This document shows positions 1 through 11,684 of a stretch of DNA of 64,000 bases, piece by piece. Both the position numbers and the translations under genes were made by a program. Location of the stretch: the NCBI RefSeq assembly GCF_001194135.2, contig NC_068991.1:50208794-50272793 (forward strand). The letters are read 5' to 3'. The stretch comes from Octopus bimaculoides (Eukaryota). The notes below the pieces were generated by a model. It saw only the letters and a list, made by a program, of their open reading frames with translations. It did not search any database and was not told the DNA's origin. Position 1 is the stretch's first letter, and the number at the start of each line of letters is the position of its first letter.

Positions 1-410
1 TATATATATATATATATATGACATGATACAAGACTTTCCACCATCCAACCAAACTTTAATATCATACATAGTTACTATGTGGGTATAATTGGAGGTTAAA
101 CAGCTACACTTCAATTATGCTTCTACCTTCAGAACTGAAGAAAATAGTACAAAACTGTGCACTTATGCCTTGAGTTTGAATGAACAAGATACATATTTCA
201 ACAAGATGTGGAAGATCTTAAGGTACAGAATTAGTACAAAAGTTGTTAGTTATATAAAACTGAGAAGAATCCATAATGATAACTTTAGTAAAGATGCAAA
301 CTATCTAAATCTCAGATAAGAAACCTTCATTAAATGTCGCCACTTTGATAGGTACCTTCTGAAACACGAAAAATAAAGTCATCAGCAAACTGAATTTACC
401 ATAAATAACT

Positions 411-525
411 GCTCTCTCTCTCGCACTCTCTCTCTCTCTCTCTCTCGCACTCTCTCTCTCTCTCTCTCTCGCACTCTCTCTCTCTCTCTCTCGCACTCTC
501 TCTCTCTCCTCTTTCTCTCTTTCTT
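411..525. repeat. (CT)n microsatellite interrupted by periodic GCA
   Basis: Directly visible; explains the RE-repeat ORFs 305..496 and 382..654. Confidence 0.95.
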
Positions 526-1530
526 TACCTCTTCGTTATTAACCCACTGGCAAAACCATATAACGTCACTATTATTAAATATTTCAATCTTTTCCAGTTC
601 ATACTTATTTTCATATAGCAGAATGGTCAATACTTTCTTACTTTCTAACCTCAATCACAATCTATACCTCTGATCTCATGTTAAATAATATACTTTGTTT
701 CTTTATATTTTTTAATACTAATTTCCATATAGAAGTTTCCTTGTTCTTTCCATACTTCCTTAAACATTTCTAATCCGTCTGTTTTTAAAGTCTGTTGTAT
801 TCTGTATATTTAACGATGATAAAGAGGAACTAAGTCACCCCGAGTCATTTGTAACGAAGTATACCGCTTACAACATTTTAACCGTCAAAACAGGACGCAT
901 CCATATCCATCATATGCATTTTATGAACCGAGTGAGTTTATCGTCAGCTCAGAATAAGTTGAACGTGAAGCATTTAGTTACACCACATTATCACTATCAG
1001 TTTACATCCCAAACGTATATATGCGTATGTGCGTGTGCATACACTGACAACTATACGTATGTATTTATGTACATGCATGTATACGTGGAAGCTTGGGTGC
1101 AAAAAGAAACAGGAAAAAATGAGACTTCTTGATATTGAAATCAGTGTTAAAATATATTTTGCATTAAAGTGAAACTTCAAATTTTGTGACAGTCTCTTCC
1201 ATCGTTGATGAGAATTTGAAGAATAAAAGAAGGGAAATAAGAATATTAAGTTAATGAAAACGAAGAGTAAACATTTGAATAGATGTTTGAGTATATGCGA
1301 ATTCAATGAAATATGAAATGTTATTAGGCAAAGGCAAAGATGAAAATCAAACATGAAAAGTTCTTATTTAAACAGTTAACAACAGATTATTTTAGATCAT
1401 TCATATCAACAGGTATGTCAACAACAAATATTTCATATCATTCATAACACGTCTTCATGCTCAAATGCTACAAAGTATTACAATATTAAAGAAAACTTAA
1501 CAAAAATGTGAGAAAGCAAGTAATACAGTA

Positions 1531-1757
1531 TATTGGTTTCAAATTTTGGCACAAGGTTAGCAATTTTGGAGGAAGGGTTAAGTCGATTAAATCGACTCCA
1601 GTGCTCAGCTGGTAATTATTTTATTGAATCCTAATCCGAAAGAAATGAAAGCCAAAGTCAGTCACGGTGGAATTTAAACTCAGATCGTAAAGACGGGCGA
1701 AATGGCGCTTAGCATTTTGCCCAGCGTGCTAACGATTCTGCCAACTCCTTGCCTTGC
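1531..1757 (-). mobile_element. tRNA-type SINE, family A, near full length
   Basis: Reverse complement matches the window-wide consensus GGCGGCGAGCTGGCAGAATCGTTAGC...GAGTTCAAATTCC (B-box-like)...TAAGTACCAG...GGGGTCGAT...GGCCTTGTGCCAAAATTTGAAAC. Confidence 0.9.
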
Positions 1758-3734
1758 AACTAATACTATATATTGAGAAAAAGTATCGTTAACTTTCAAA
1801 ATGAGCTCAGAACTCGCTCGGTTTGCAAAGCCATAAATGATAACACAGTCGGAATCACGATAAAGGAAAAGAAAGCTGAAGGAGCAGAATCATTGGTGAT
1901 CCTACCCATTTCTCGTCACACTCAAGGATCATAAAAATTATTAAGAAAATCCTTGATTTATTTTTTGAGGTAGATGAATAGTTCAATTACAGCTATATAA
2001 TATTTATATTTATCTCTCATAATAAAAACTACATGATTTTTCAGCTTAATCTTCTATTTCTAATCCACTAATACTACAAGCTTTAGCCTTTGCCAATTTC
2101 ACAGTGATCCTCATATTGACATTATTGTTTATGAGAGGAAGTTTCTCTTGCTTTTCAAAAATACATCCTGGATAAAAATGGAATGGGGAATTTTGTTTGA
2201 TATAGATATGGATATTTATGATCTGGAGTGGGGTATGTGTGACATTATTGTTTGATATATTTGCAATTTATTGTAAAAAGTGGTTCCAGACGTTTATATA
2301 GGGAGGTTTATCATGGATTATATCAATGTGAAATGCACCACACTTTTACGCTAAAATGATTTGTCCTACATACGTTCCGTAAGAATATATGAATACTTTT
2401 CAGTGAACAATGAAGACAGGTTTACATGTAAAGCGTTGTTTTCTATTTTTTTTAATGTAAGTTTAAAGTTTACTGTGTAAAATGAATTCATAATAAAATT
2501 GATTTGTTCTGTTGTAATAGTCAAATGAATTGCTGATATCGAAGATCATGTGCCTGTGACACTGATACATTAATCCGTGTCTAGCTATCTCCCTAGTTAG
2601 AACCAAATTGCCTGAGTGCATGTAAAGTCTTCACAGCGTTAAACATTTGATCAAGAGACAGTCTTTTCCTATTTGCTTAAGCCACAAAGAAAAATATGTA
2701 CCAGTCCCATGGAATCCAGACTACCGACAGCTGAACTTCTATAACATGGCTTCGAGAGCTAAATCTTAATTACAGGTTTGTTTCAGTTGTAGAAATTATT
2801 TTCCAAAGGTTTCTAAGTCTATAATCCTTTGAACTACCTCACTAATTGACTCAATTTGTTTGTACTTCCAATCATGTAGGATTATTAAATCTATTTTTAG
2901 CTCCGTAGCTATTTCCCTTATTGATATCGCAATAATTAATAATTATATGTTGTTTAATTACAAACTGGGATTAAATGATTTGCCAAAATTAGCTGTGTTC
3001 TTATCTAATGCATATTATCGATTATATTAGCAGCTTCTACATGCTCTTTGCCAAAGAGATCTGAAAATGGTCTCTTACATAGATATATAAACCCTCTCGC
3101 CTGCATTATTATTAGAAATCAGTTTGTTTTTTATTTATTTCTACACAAATCTCAGATATTTCCCAACATTTTTCAACATTATTCTATGTTGAGAACTATG
3201 TGGCAATAGTGCACCTTGGAGTATATTTACCGATGTGACATACATTAGTTGCTAAATGATATTTCTGCTATGCTAGACGCGTTTAAATCAATATTAGTTG
3301 GTTTAAACACTCCTTTATTCATATCCAATCTTATCTGAAAGAGCACTGACAGGATTTGTTAAGACAGGCTCATAATTTGAACATTTTCATGCATTTTGGA
3401 GGATTTGAACTCTTCACTACAATCTAACAAGCCACGCATTTAATTATACATTTATTCTTATTTTTGATGTAGTTGAGTTGTGATATATCCTGAATTCAAC
3501 CCAATCGGTCTGACCTTTTATCAAACTTTCAATCCTGTGGCGACTATACACTGAATACCGCCTTCTTTAAGCTAGTAGTGTGTGAATTATGAGAAATATG
3601 GCTGTTATTTCAAGCATGCTGAGGAACTGCATTAAAGTTCCCTCGTTGGCCCGATGCAGAGAGTTGTAACTAGAGATGACAGGTATTTACAGCTAAATAG
3701 ACTGAATTAGTAAATACTATGTCAGTTATATCAT

Positions 3735-3917
3735 TATAACTAATCCCAAGATTCCGAGTTCGATTCCAGGCAGCGACCTTAATGATGATGATAATAACAA
3801 CAGGTTCGAAAATTCCCCGAGACACCTGATGAAGGCTGGAGGGTATATCAGCCGAGACGTTGTGCTAACAACAAACAAGACGAGGACAAATATCCGTCAA
3901 TTGTAAATAATGTAAAG
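3735..3917 (+). mobile_element. Short element with B-box-like head and Penelope-type hammerhead tail
   Basis: GAGTTCGATTCC at 3756-3767, short (ATG/ATA)n spacer, hammerhead motif 3823-3866, then AACAAACAAGACGAGGACAAATATCCGTC tail. Boundaries approximate. Confidence 0.6.
3823..3866 (+). ncRNA. Minimal type I hammerhead ribozyme motif, probably inactivated (A14G)
   Basis: CAC(3823-25) CTGATGA(3826-32) A GGCTG(3834-38)/CAGCC(3849-53) GAG-ACGT(3854-60) T(3861) GTG(3862-64). Stem I is CAC/GTG, stem II is 5 bp, stem III is the palindrome ACGT; core reads GAGA instead of GAAA. Confidence 0.75.
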
Positions 3918-4336
3918 AAGGGATACGTTTTAACATGTTAAATGGGAGGAAACTAGCACCAATTGAAAACATTCTTCTTCAACGAATAATAAACAATAAC
4001 TATCCATAACAGATTTATGTAAACAATTATTATATCACGTATTCATCTCTCTTTCTTTTCTAAATGTCACATGACATATTCAGCGGACAAGAGCTTCTAT
4101 GTGATCTTCTCGTGCGACTGCCACGTAAGTTTTATGCATGAACGTTAACCAGTTAATTTGTACGTTAACGAATAGCGTTCTGAGCCACACTCCTACTTAT
4201 ATATATATATATGTATGTATACAAACCATCCATCTGGGTTTGGACTTAGAAGATTTAATAGTCATAGATATAATTATAATTACAAATTAATGAATTACAG
4301 CACAGTACATTATTGAATATATGCAGTTCTTAGAAG

Positions 4337-4382
<46 letters not shown>

Positions 4383-4651
4383 GCCGGTTGTTTATATTCT
4401 GAATTTAAATCCTACTGAGGACAGTCTTGGTTTTCATCCTTCTGGGATTTCTGAAATGACATAACAGTCAAACTCTGCAGTAGATTTAGACGACTGGCTC
4501 CTCGCCACAAATTTATAACCATGTTCCTACTGTTCCTATGTTAGAAATTATAGCTCTTACATAGAAATTAGATTTATTCAGCAGAATTTTGATTAAAACT
4601 GTTGAGCAAGATTTCAGTCTACCTCAAAACAGTCTTACAAATGACTAGTAA

Positions 4652-4838
4652 GGGTTCCAAATTTTGGCACAAGGCCAGAAATTTTGGGGAGGGGATTAAG
4701 TCGATTACACTAACTCCAGTGTTCAACTGGTACCTATTTTATCGACTTGGGTGGAATTTGAACTCAGAACGCAAAGACAGACGAAATACCGCTAAATATT
4801 TCGCCTGGCATGCTAAAGATTCTGTCAGCTCGCCTTCT
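4652..4838 (-). mobile_element. SINE family A, internally deleted
   Basis: Matches family A consensus; B-box as GGAATTTGAACTC on +. Confidence 0.9.
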
Positions 4839-4851
4839 TATTAATTGATTA

Positions 4852-4988
4852 TATTGGTTTTAAATTTTCGAACAAGATCAGCAAGATCATAGGTAGAGCG
4901 TAAGTCCGTTACATCGGGCTCCAGTGTTTAACTGGTACTTATTTCATCGATCCTGAGACGATGAAAGGTAAAGTCGACCTCGGCGAAA
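4852..4988 (-). mobile_element. SINE family A, 3' half
   Basis: AACTGGTACTTATTTCATCGA...AAAGGTAAAGTCGACCTCGGCG matches the consensus 3' half. Confidence 0.8.
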
Positions 4989-5844
4989 CACAAATGATTA
5001 ATATTAAAATGTAGAAACCATTATAATAGCGAATTGATCAACGGTGTAGTTTTGTTCAACAAACTGACCTTTAGCGAAGCAACAAAGTATATATGGCGTG
5101 CCATCTTCGTTTAATCCAACCAAACAATTAACAAAAAATGTTTCATAATGAGCTTCATTAAAATGCTAATCTATGTTTCTCAAAAAGGATTAATAGCAAA
5201 TAAAACGACAGATTCTATCACGATATTAATTTTTCTTTAAAAACGAAATGTTTAATTTATTAATTACAAATGTATGAAGAAAGGAAAAGCAAAGAAATTG
5301 TCATATCATATAGCTTATTGATGCAATGCCGGATCAATGCAAATAGTTGGCTGCGGGGTCGGGTTCGATCATGCAGACAGGCTACATTTTATACATGTAG
5401 GATTCTTTCTAATTAATTTTGAAGAAAATATTGGTAAACTTATCAGTTGGAATACATTTCTTCTTCTTGTGGTGCCTACCGAACTTACCTTGCTGCACAT
5501 ATACAATAAAATGTTCGCTTGACCAACTAAAATTAGCCATCAAACTTTTCAAATCACATCTTGCTGCCTTAAAAAAAAGGAAAGACGCCATGGATAATGT
5601 ACTTCAAGACACACTATGTATAAAGATAAAAGGAAAACTGGTCGTGGTTAGAACTCTTGATCGTGACTCTGACCTGAGGCTAAAAAACAACAGCTATGAT
5701 AGCAGTTGTCTCTCTGATTAGTTTTTTTCTTTCTGAGTAGTCATTTTGATTGGTTGATTTACAGCTGATTGGATCTGGGATGTTTAGATCAGTAGTCAAT
5801 TCTTGGCTATAGAAGATAACTCCGTTTAAGTGACAGAAAGTGGA

Positions 5845-6390
5845 GAGCTACTCTCCTGAAGTGTACCCCTCTCGCTGCTGTTCTAGCCCAGGACCACCAA
5901 CTTACCGTCCGGGTCCGTGCAGATTGAACGTATCTCGAGACTCTGACCTGTCCAAAATAGCATTGCGATTCCGCCTCTCATTCCAGGTCGATTCAGAGAT
6001 ACGTAAATCTCAAGGTTATCATAAATGTGCCTCATGGCCCATGCGTCGGAAATTCTTCTCGCTGATGGCTAGGAAAAAAAGGAAGAAGAGAAGATGGAAA
6101 CCTACCCAAACGGATTTTCTGTAAGCAGTCAAGTGTGTTAAAATGATTTCTTTGTGTGGAGTTCCTTGGTGAAACTCTGAAGTAGTCTGTTCAAGGTCTT
6201 GACACTGGGGTTCCCAACATCATGTGAGAGATTCTCTTTCATTTCCCTATATTTATCTACTGGCAGCCTTACCAATTTCTCGTCCTCCAGAATTTTCACT
6301 TCTTTTTCCGAAAGCCTGCCCTCTGTCTCCATTTCTCTTCTTTGTTCTATGAAAGAGAGAAGTCCTGTATTTTTTCTTCTTACTAACACA
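5845..6390 (-). mobile_element. Tx1/L1-like LINE relic: AP-endonuclease N-terminus plus probable ORF1 end
   Basis: Manual minus-strand translation with a frameshift: LAISE..ISDAWAMRHIYDNLEIYVSLNRPGMRGGIAMLFWTGQSLEIRSICTDPDGKLVVLG, an APE motif collinear with the 9.6 kb copy. Upstream ORF 6138..6389 is assigned to ORF1 by position only. Confidence 0.75.
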
Positions 6391-7329
6391 AACTTGGAAG
6401 TGGGTGCAATTTGTTGTTGATATGGTTAGAGTTGTGTATTTAATTGGCGTTGTTTTTGTTCAGGTTATTGTTGGTTTTGTGAGATCTCAAGAGCAGCCCA
6501 CGAAAATCTTCCTTCTTTTGGAAAATTTTTCTTTGAATTTTTTTGTGTTTTTGGTATTCCATTATTTACACGTTTTTGTTTTTGTAATTCGAAACCTTAT
6601 CGTCTTGTGCCGTCCAAAAGTTTTTGAAAGTATTCTTGTAGTTGTTATAATAATGGTTGAATTTAGAGAACCCTTTGAAATAGATAAATAGATAGATATA
6701 CTTCAAATATTAGATAAAGATACTTCAAACAAGTATCGTATCAATTATAGGAAGTCAGGATCGCAATCTCTCTTGTTTGTGTATCACCTGAAAGTCATAC
6801 GTCACACACCATTTTGAGGTTTCAACTACACAATCGGTCGTTTCAGGTATTTTTTCATATTGACATTTCCACGTTAGTTCTAAATGTTACGTCACTAATA
6901 GGATAGAAACTGTTAAAAATCACAAACTTGACATAAAACATTATAGTCGCCACTAATTTTTTGTTAAATGTTTTATGGTTTTGATTCTTTGATTCCGTCA
7001 AACATGATAATCTCAAAGTGATATTGCGCTATTTTCGTTGGTTGGAAATTTTAAAATGTCACTCTGAACATTAGGCCACAAGTAAATATTTTACACGAAA
7101 AACTCCCCTGTGTCTTGCACTGTTTTGTTAATTAATTATTTTCTCTGAAAGATATCGTTAACTATATTATTTTATAGCCTCTCATTAAGGTAACATTCCG
7201 ACAGTAGAATTCTGTTGAAGTCACTGGCGAATTCGGCAACAGGGTTAAAACCTCCGAAGTTGTTTTTCAAAGGGAAAACGCTTTTAATTACTATCATGTT
7301 CTGTAGCATTGACAAAATGCCGCACACAT

Positions 7330-7497
7330 TTTTAGGGGACAGTCGATTAAATTCATCCCTAACTAATAATTATTTAATCGATCCGGAAAGTTGAAAGGCA
7401 AAGTCGATTCCAGTAGGATTTGAACTCAAAAGATGAAAGGGGATGAATATAATACCACATGCGAGACATTTTGTCCCTTATTCCACAGTAATCTACC
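7330..7497 (-). mobile_element. SINE family A, diverged
   Basis: GAAAGGCAAAGTCGA...GGATTTGAACTC matches the consensus. Confidence 0.75.
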
Positions 7498-7501
7498 GGA
7501 C

Positions 7502-7527
7502 TAGTACTACTACTACTACTGTTGTTG

Positions 7528-7575
<48 letters not shown>
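7502..7575. repeat. Compound (ACT)n(GTT)n(ATT)n microsatellite
   Basis: Directly visible; abuts the 3' end of the adjacent LINE. Confidence 0.95.
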
Positions 7576-7576
<1 letters not shown>

Positions 7577-7579
7577 ATG

Positions 7580-8330
7580 CTTTATTAGTTAGCAAGTATG
7601 TCAAACTTTTACTCAGAAGTTTGGTGACAAGTCTTCTAAAATCTCAAAAATCTTTCTATGGATTCCTGCAGAACAAAGGAGGATACTTTTCTGCGGGTCA
7701 ACAATGCAGATCCCAATTCCAGTCTCTTTCAGTCTCTTAGGTAGCAGTTTGGGTGTTGTGCCAAGTGCATCAGTTACCACAGGAATAATTATCGTCTTAG
7801 TTTTCCACAATATCTTCATGTCTCTAGTTAAATCCAGATATTTCACATTTTTCACAACTTCTTTGGTACCCAGTGGCTTATCGTATGGTATTGTACTGTT
7901 TCTTACTCTGCTTCTTTCTCTTGTTCGCTATAATCATATCAGGTCTTATTGCTTCATTAGCATGATCAGTCCTTATGGAGAAAGTCCATAAAATCTTGTA
8001 ATTCTTATTTTCTATCACAGCTTCTGGCCTGTGTTCATATCACTTTTCTACTACTTTGAATTTACAAAATCGGTTAATATCCCAATGTATCTTTTATCTA
8101 CACAGTCATGTCTGTGCTTATACTCTTTTTGTGTTAGATTACTGCATTCATTCAGTAGGTGGTTAATACTTTCGTCTCGTTTCCAAAATAAAAAAAGATT
8201 TTATATTTGCTCTCTGATTGAATTTTATTAATCTTTGCTTTATCAAATTTGTCTTAATGGCTTATTCCTGAGAGGCTATAATTAAATATAGGACTAGTTA
8301 AAAACTTCCAAAATAATGGTTTTTCTCACT
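7580..8330 (-). mobile_element. R4/Dong-like RLE LINE, 3' fragment
   Basis: Minus strand: LIIASQE*AIKTN ... DESINHLLNECSNLTQKEYKHRHD ... YEHRPEAVIENKNYKILW ... RPDMII ... KYLDLTRDMKILWKTKTIIIPVVTDALGT ... QKSILL. This is the zinc-knuckle plus RLE C-terminus. Confidence 0.9.
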
Positions 8331-8529
8331 TTTTCCCATTTCTTTGGTATCGACTCTGCTATCATAGCAAATTCCAATATTTATGATCTTGCCCTGTTTG
8401 TTTATTTTGTCCTCGATATTTATATCTGATCTTCTTGCCTCACTAGTATGGTTGGTCTTTATGGCTTAGTCCTAACTATTATTATTATTACTATTATCAT
8501 TATTATTGTTGTTGTTGTTGTTGTTCACT

Positions 8530-9030
8530 TAACTTCTGATTTATCTATGCCGATGTCACATCTCAGCTCCATCACGTAGCTCAGTGTCGCAACACTTTCC
8601 TCAACACATGAGCCGTTCCAAATATTGCTGCTATCTGAATACTTCCTATGAAGTTTAGTATTTGCACCTTGAGATGGTCCTAATTGTAACTATCACAAAA
8701 GGTACCACACTCACTTTTGAGGTTCCATGGACACTTTTCACTTTCAATCCTAAGTTTTGGTACTTCCGGACTTTCTCGTCCTCTATTTTTTACAATAGTC
8801 TGGTCTGTAGGCATGGCTATGTCGATGCACTTCATTCTTTGGACTCCTTCAGTAGGAGAGTAATATCTGGTCGGTTATGTTGAAGCTTTTTGTCTCTGTA
8901 TATTGGCATATCCCATGTGAGTTTTACCCGTTCATTCTCTGCTACTGGCAAAGCTCGGTTCTCATACCACTTTCTGGAACATTCTAGCCCATACTTTTTG
9001 CACAACTCTCAGTGTACTTGAACAGCTATT
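8530..9030 (-). mobile_element. R4/Dong-like RLE LINE, 3' fragment
   Basis: Minus strand: LCKKYGLECSRKWYENRALPVAENERVKLTWDMPIYRDKKLQHNRPDITLLLK; 3' UTR ends at (CAA)n(TAA)n 8478-8525. Confidence 0.85.
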
Positions 9031-9559
9031 TTTAGACTGGATTTTAGTCCTATCATCAAAAGTGTGTCGCAGGACGGTTATGTCGCTTTGCGCGCACGTT
9101 GGTTATGTCTCTAATCTATAATCTTACCTGGTGTCACTGCTACGCCAGGAATTTCTGAAAGCTGACCATAATACCCGGGTTGAAAATTCTCGCTACAGAC
9201 CTGTTGATATTCATCGACACCCAGAGTTTCCTCCAAAATGTCGTCGCTCTTTTGTACCTCTAATCCTCTGTAATATGCTCCCTTAGAATTTTCATCTCAT
9301 TACCTGAGCTTTGAGCGCCTGACAAATCTCCAGATGATAAACCTCCAGTTCTTCGTAAGAGAGACGAGCTGTACAGAAACGTGTCTGATACCATTTCTAG
9401 AGTGCCTTCATTAATTTCATCTCTTTATATTAACTGTCTACCCATAACTACAGAAACTGTAGTAGTTAAAAGGTGAACTGGGAACAGGTGAACTGTTGGA
9501 GTATGGTCACTCATTAGTTTAAAGGCACCACTTTTGTTAACTCTCACATCCAGCACCAC

Positions 9560-9800
9560 TCTCCAGATTTAGAAAGATCCTCCGAGCCTTTTGAACTAAA
9601 AACCTCTCCGAAACAGCACTTCTACTCCACTTGCAGATGCAAACCAATTATAAGAGGCATATACCGCAGAGTTATCGAAGATGGTTATGAACGCGAACGT
9701 TCCGGAAATTTCAGTCTCGCCGATAGCTACTATATCTACATCAGTGGTCACTGAGCAAGTGATCTTGCTTCTAAAACATTCCCAGTTCACGTAAATTTAT
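9560..9800 (-). mobile_element. Tx1/L1-like AP-endonuclease relic
   Basis: ORF 9596..9790: DVDIVAIGETEISG..IFDNSAVYAS...SGVEVLFRRG, the APE DIVAxxET and GVxVLF motifs. Confidence 0.75.
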
Positions 9801-10084
9801 TCTTCTTACTCTGACTTAAGCTATGATGATCAGAAAAATGAAGAAAATATCAGTTTCTTTAGACTTGTGAAAAACGGGCAACCTAGGTGTTTCGTCTGTC
9901 AATTCTGTTCACTATCTCACTTCAGACAAATGTTGGCCGGTTGTCCCGTAGGTCCAGTCTCAGTCAGTGACTGCAATGGATTCCAGATCTACGGTTAAAG
10001 TAGATCTGGAAAGTAAACTCACATAAAATACGAACGCATTATTATTATTATCATTATTATTATTATAATTATTATTATCCTCTT

Positions 10085-10890
10085 CTTCTTTCAATTTTGT
10101 TTCCATTTCTTGCTGAGTGTCTTCCCGACACCTAGGGCAAAGAAACTCATTGTATACATTGGTAGGCCATTAAAATAAAGACATTAGATTGTTCATTTAC
10201 AAAGTCATGTAATAAAAAAAGGGAAGGGGAAGAAAGACAGGAAAGGAGGAAAACAAAAGAAAAATGTAAAAAGAAAAACGAAATAAAAGAGGGAAAGTAA
10301 AGAATATTTACAGCAACAATACTCTCCTCAATACGTGTGACGTACCAGTTAAAATAATCTTTTGCACTTCCTACATGGATGGGTAAGCCGGGGATCATCC
10401 TCAAATAATTTTCAGTTCTTTCGTTTATTATTCCAACTGCTCCTACAATCCCTGGTTTTGTAACCGTCTTGAGATGCCACATTTTTTCGATTTCAATCAG
10501 CAAATCTTTATATTTTCTGAGCTTATCAAATTCTTTTGCTGAGATATCATGATAACAAGGTATGCTCATGTCGATTTTATTGTTTTTGTCTTTCACAATA
10601 TCTGGTTAATTAGTTTTTATGGTTCGATCTGTATGTACTGGAAAGTCCCAAGGAATCTTAACATTTTCTTCCTCAGTTACAGCCTCAGGGTAGTGCTTCC
10701 ACCATTCGTCAGCAGCTTTGATTTTATAATGCCGATATATTAACCAGTGTCGATATTGGCCAATTCTGTCATGTCTTGATTTATAATCTAAAGGTGCTAA
10801 AACCGTACACCCAGAGATTAGGTGGTCCACTGTTTCAAGCTCATCGGTGAAGTATCGGTACTTTATGTCTTCTCCATTTTTCATCACATT
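10085..10890 (-). mobile_element. R4/Dong-like RLE LINE, 3' fragment with 3' UTR
   Basis: ORFs 10606..10887 and 10147..10596: ETVDHLISGCTVLAPLDYKSRHD...WDFPVHTDRTIKTN...DMSIP...KLRKYKDLLIEIEKMWHLKT..GIVGAVG; ends at a (TAA)n array near 10040-10078. Confidence 0.92.
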
Positions 10891-11557
10891 GGTTCGGTAT
10901 TACTATTCTTCTTCTTCTCATCATCATTTTTGATTTATTTGTTATCGAAGTTGTTTAATAAAAGTTAAAGTTTCCTATAATATGGCGTTCTTTATAACAT
11001 CCTGTCCCCAAGACAGTGTTCACTGTCACAGTATTAACTGGTAATGTTTGTTTGTTTCCCTGGTTACAGAGTTCATTGTTTTAAGGAAAATTACAACCAA
11101 AAGTAGTAACAGTCATGTCTTTCTTACAGTGAAGTGACTACATTCTATGTTCGACTGGTGCCCACCTCCTTCACTACTGGATTGTACCACAAATTGCAGA
11201 CATTGATTTATTCTAACTTAACATGGGAGTCTACATTTTCTGTAGAAGCGGAGAACATGCCGCCTGAAAAACTAGTAGTTTTTGTTTGGCTTCATTCCCA
11301 AATATACATATCGAAAATCTTCGATACACGTTTGCTTCTGGTTCCATGAATATTAATAACTAAAATCATTTAACGTTCTGTAGGATTATTGCTTTTTGAA
11401 CAACATAAATATCCATTTTCATAAGAAATAGAGATGTTTGCTTTTAAGACTTGGCTCTAATATATCACTGGTATTGGCACCAATTCCTAAGAAATAAAGC
11501 AAAATAAAGATGAGGTAACTAAAACATCAATGTGTGGTACATTGCTCAAGTTTTGTA

Positions 11558-11684
11558 CAGGATGTCCACAAAGTCAGGCTACATGGAGTAAATAAAATCA
11601 TAACATAAACAATTAAATATAAGAAATAATAATTTCTTAAAGTATGTGTTTATCACCATGTACCCAGACTTTGTGGACACCCTG
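11558..11684. mobile_element. Tc1/mariner-type MITE (127 bp)
   Basis: 29-bp TIRs CAGGATGTCCACAAAGTCAGGCTACATGG vs CAGGGTGTCCACAAAGTCTGGGTACATGG (3 mismatches); TA on both flanks (11556-57, 11685-86). Confidence 0.92.

Noticed and set aside
11130-11349. Acceptor plus 73 open codons (EVTTFYVRLVPTSFTTGLYHKLQ...)
   Set aside because: No convincing donor and no recognisable homology; it could be a terminal exon but cannot be supported from sequence alone.
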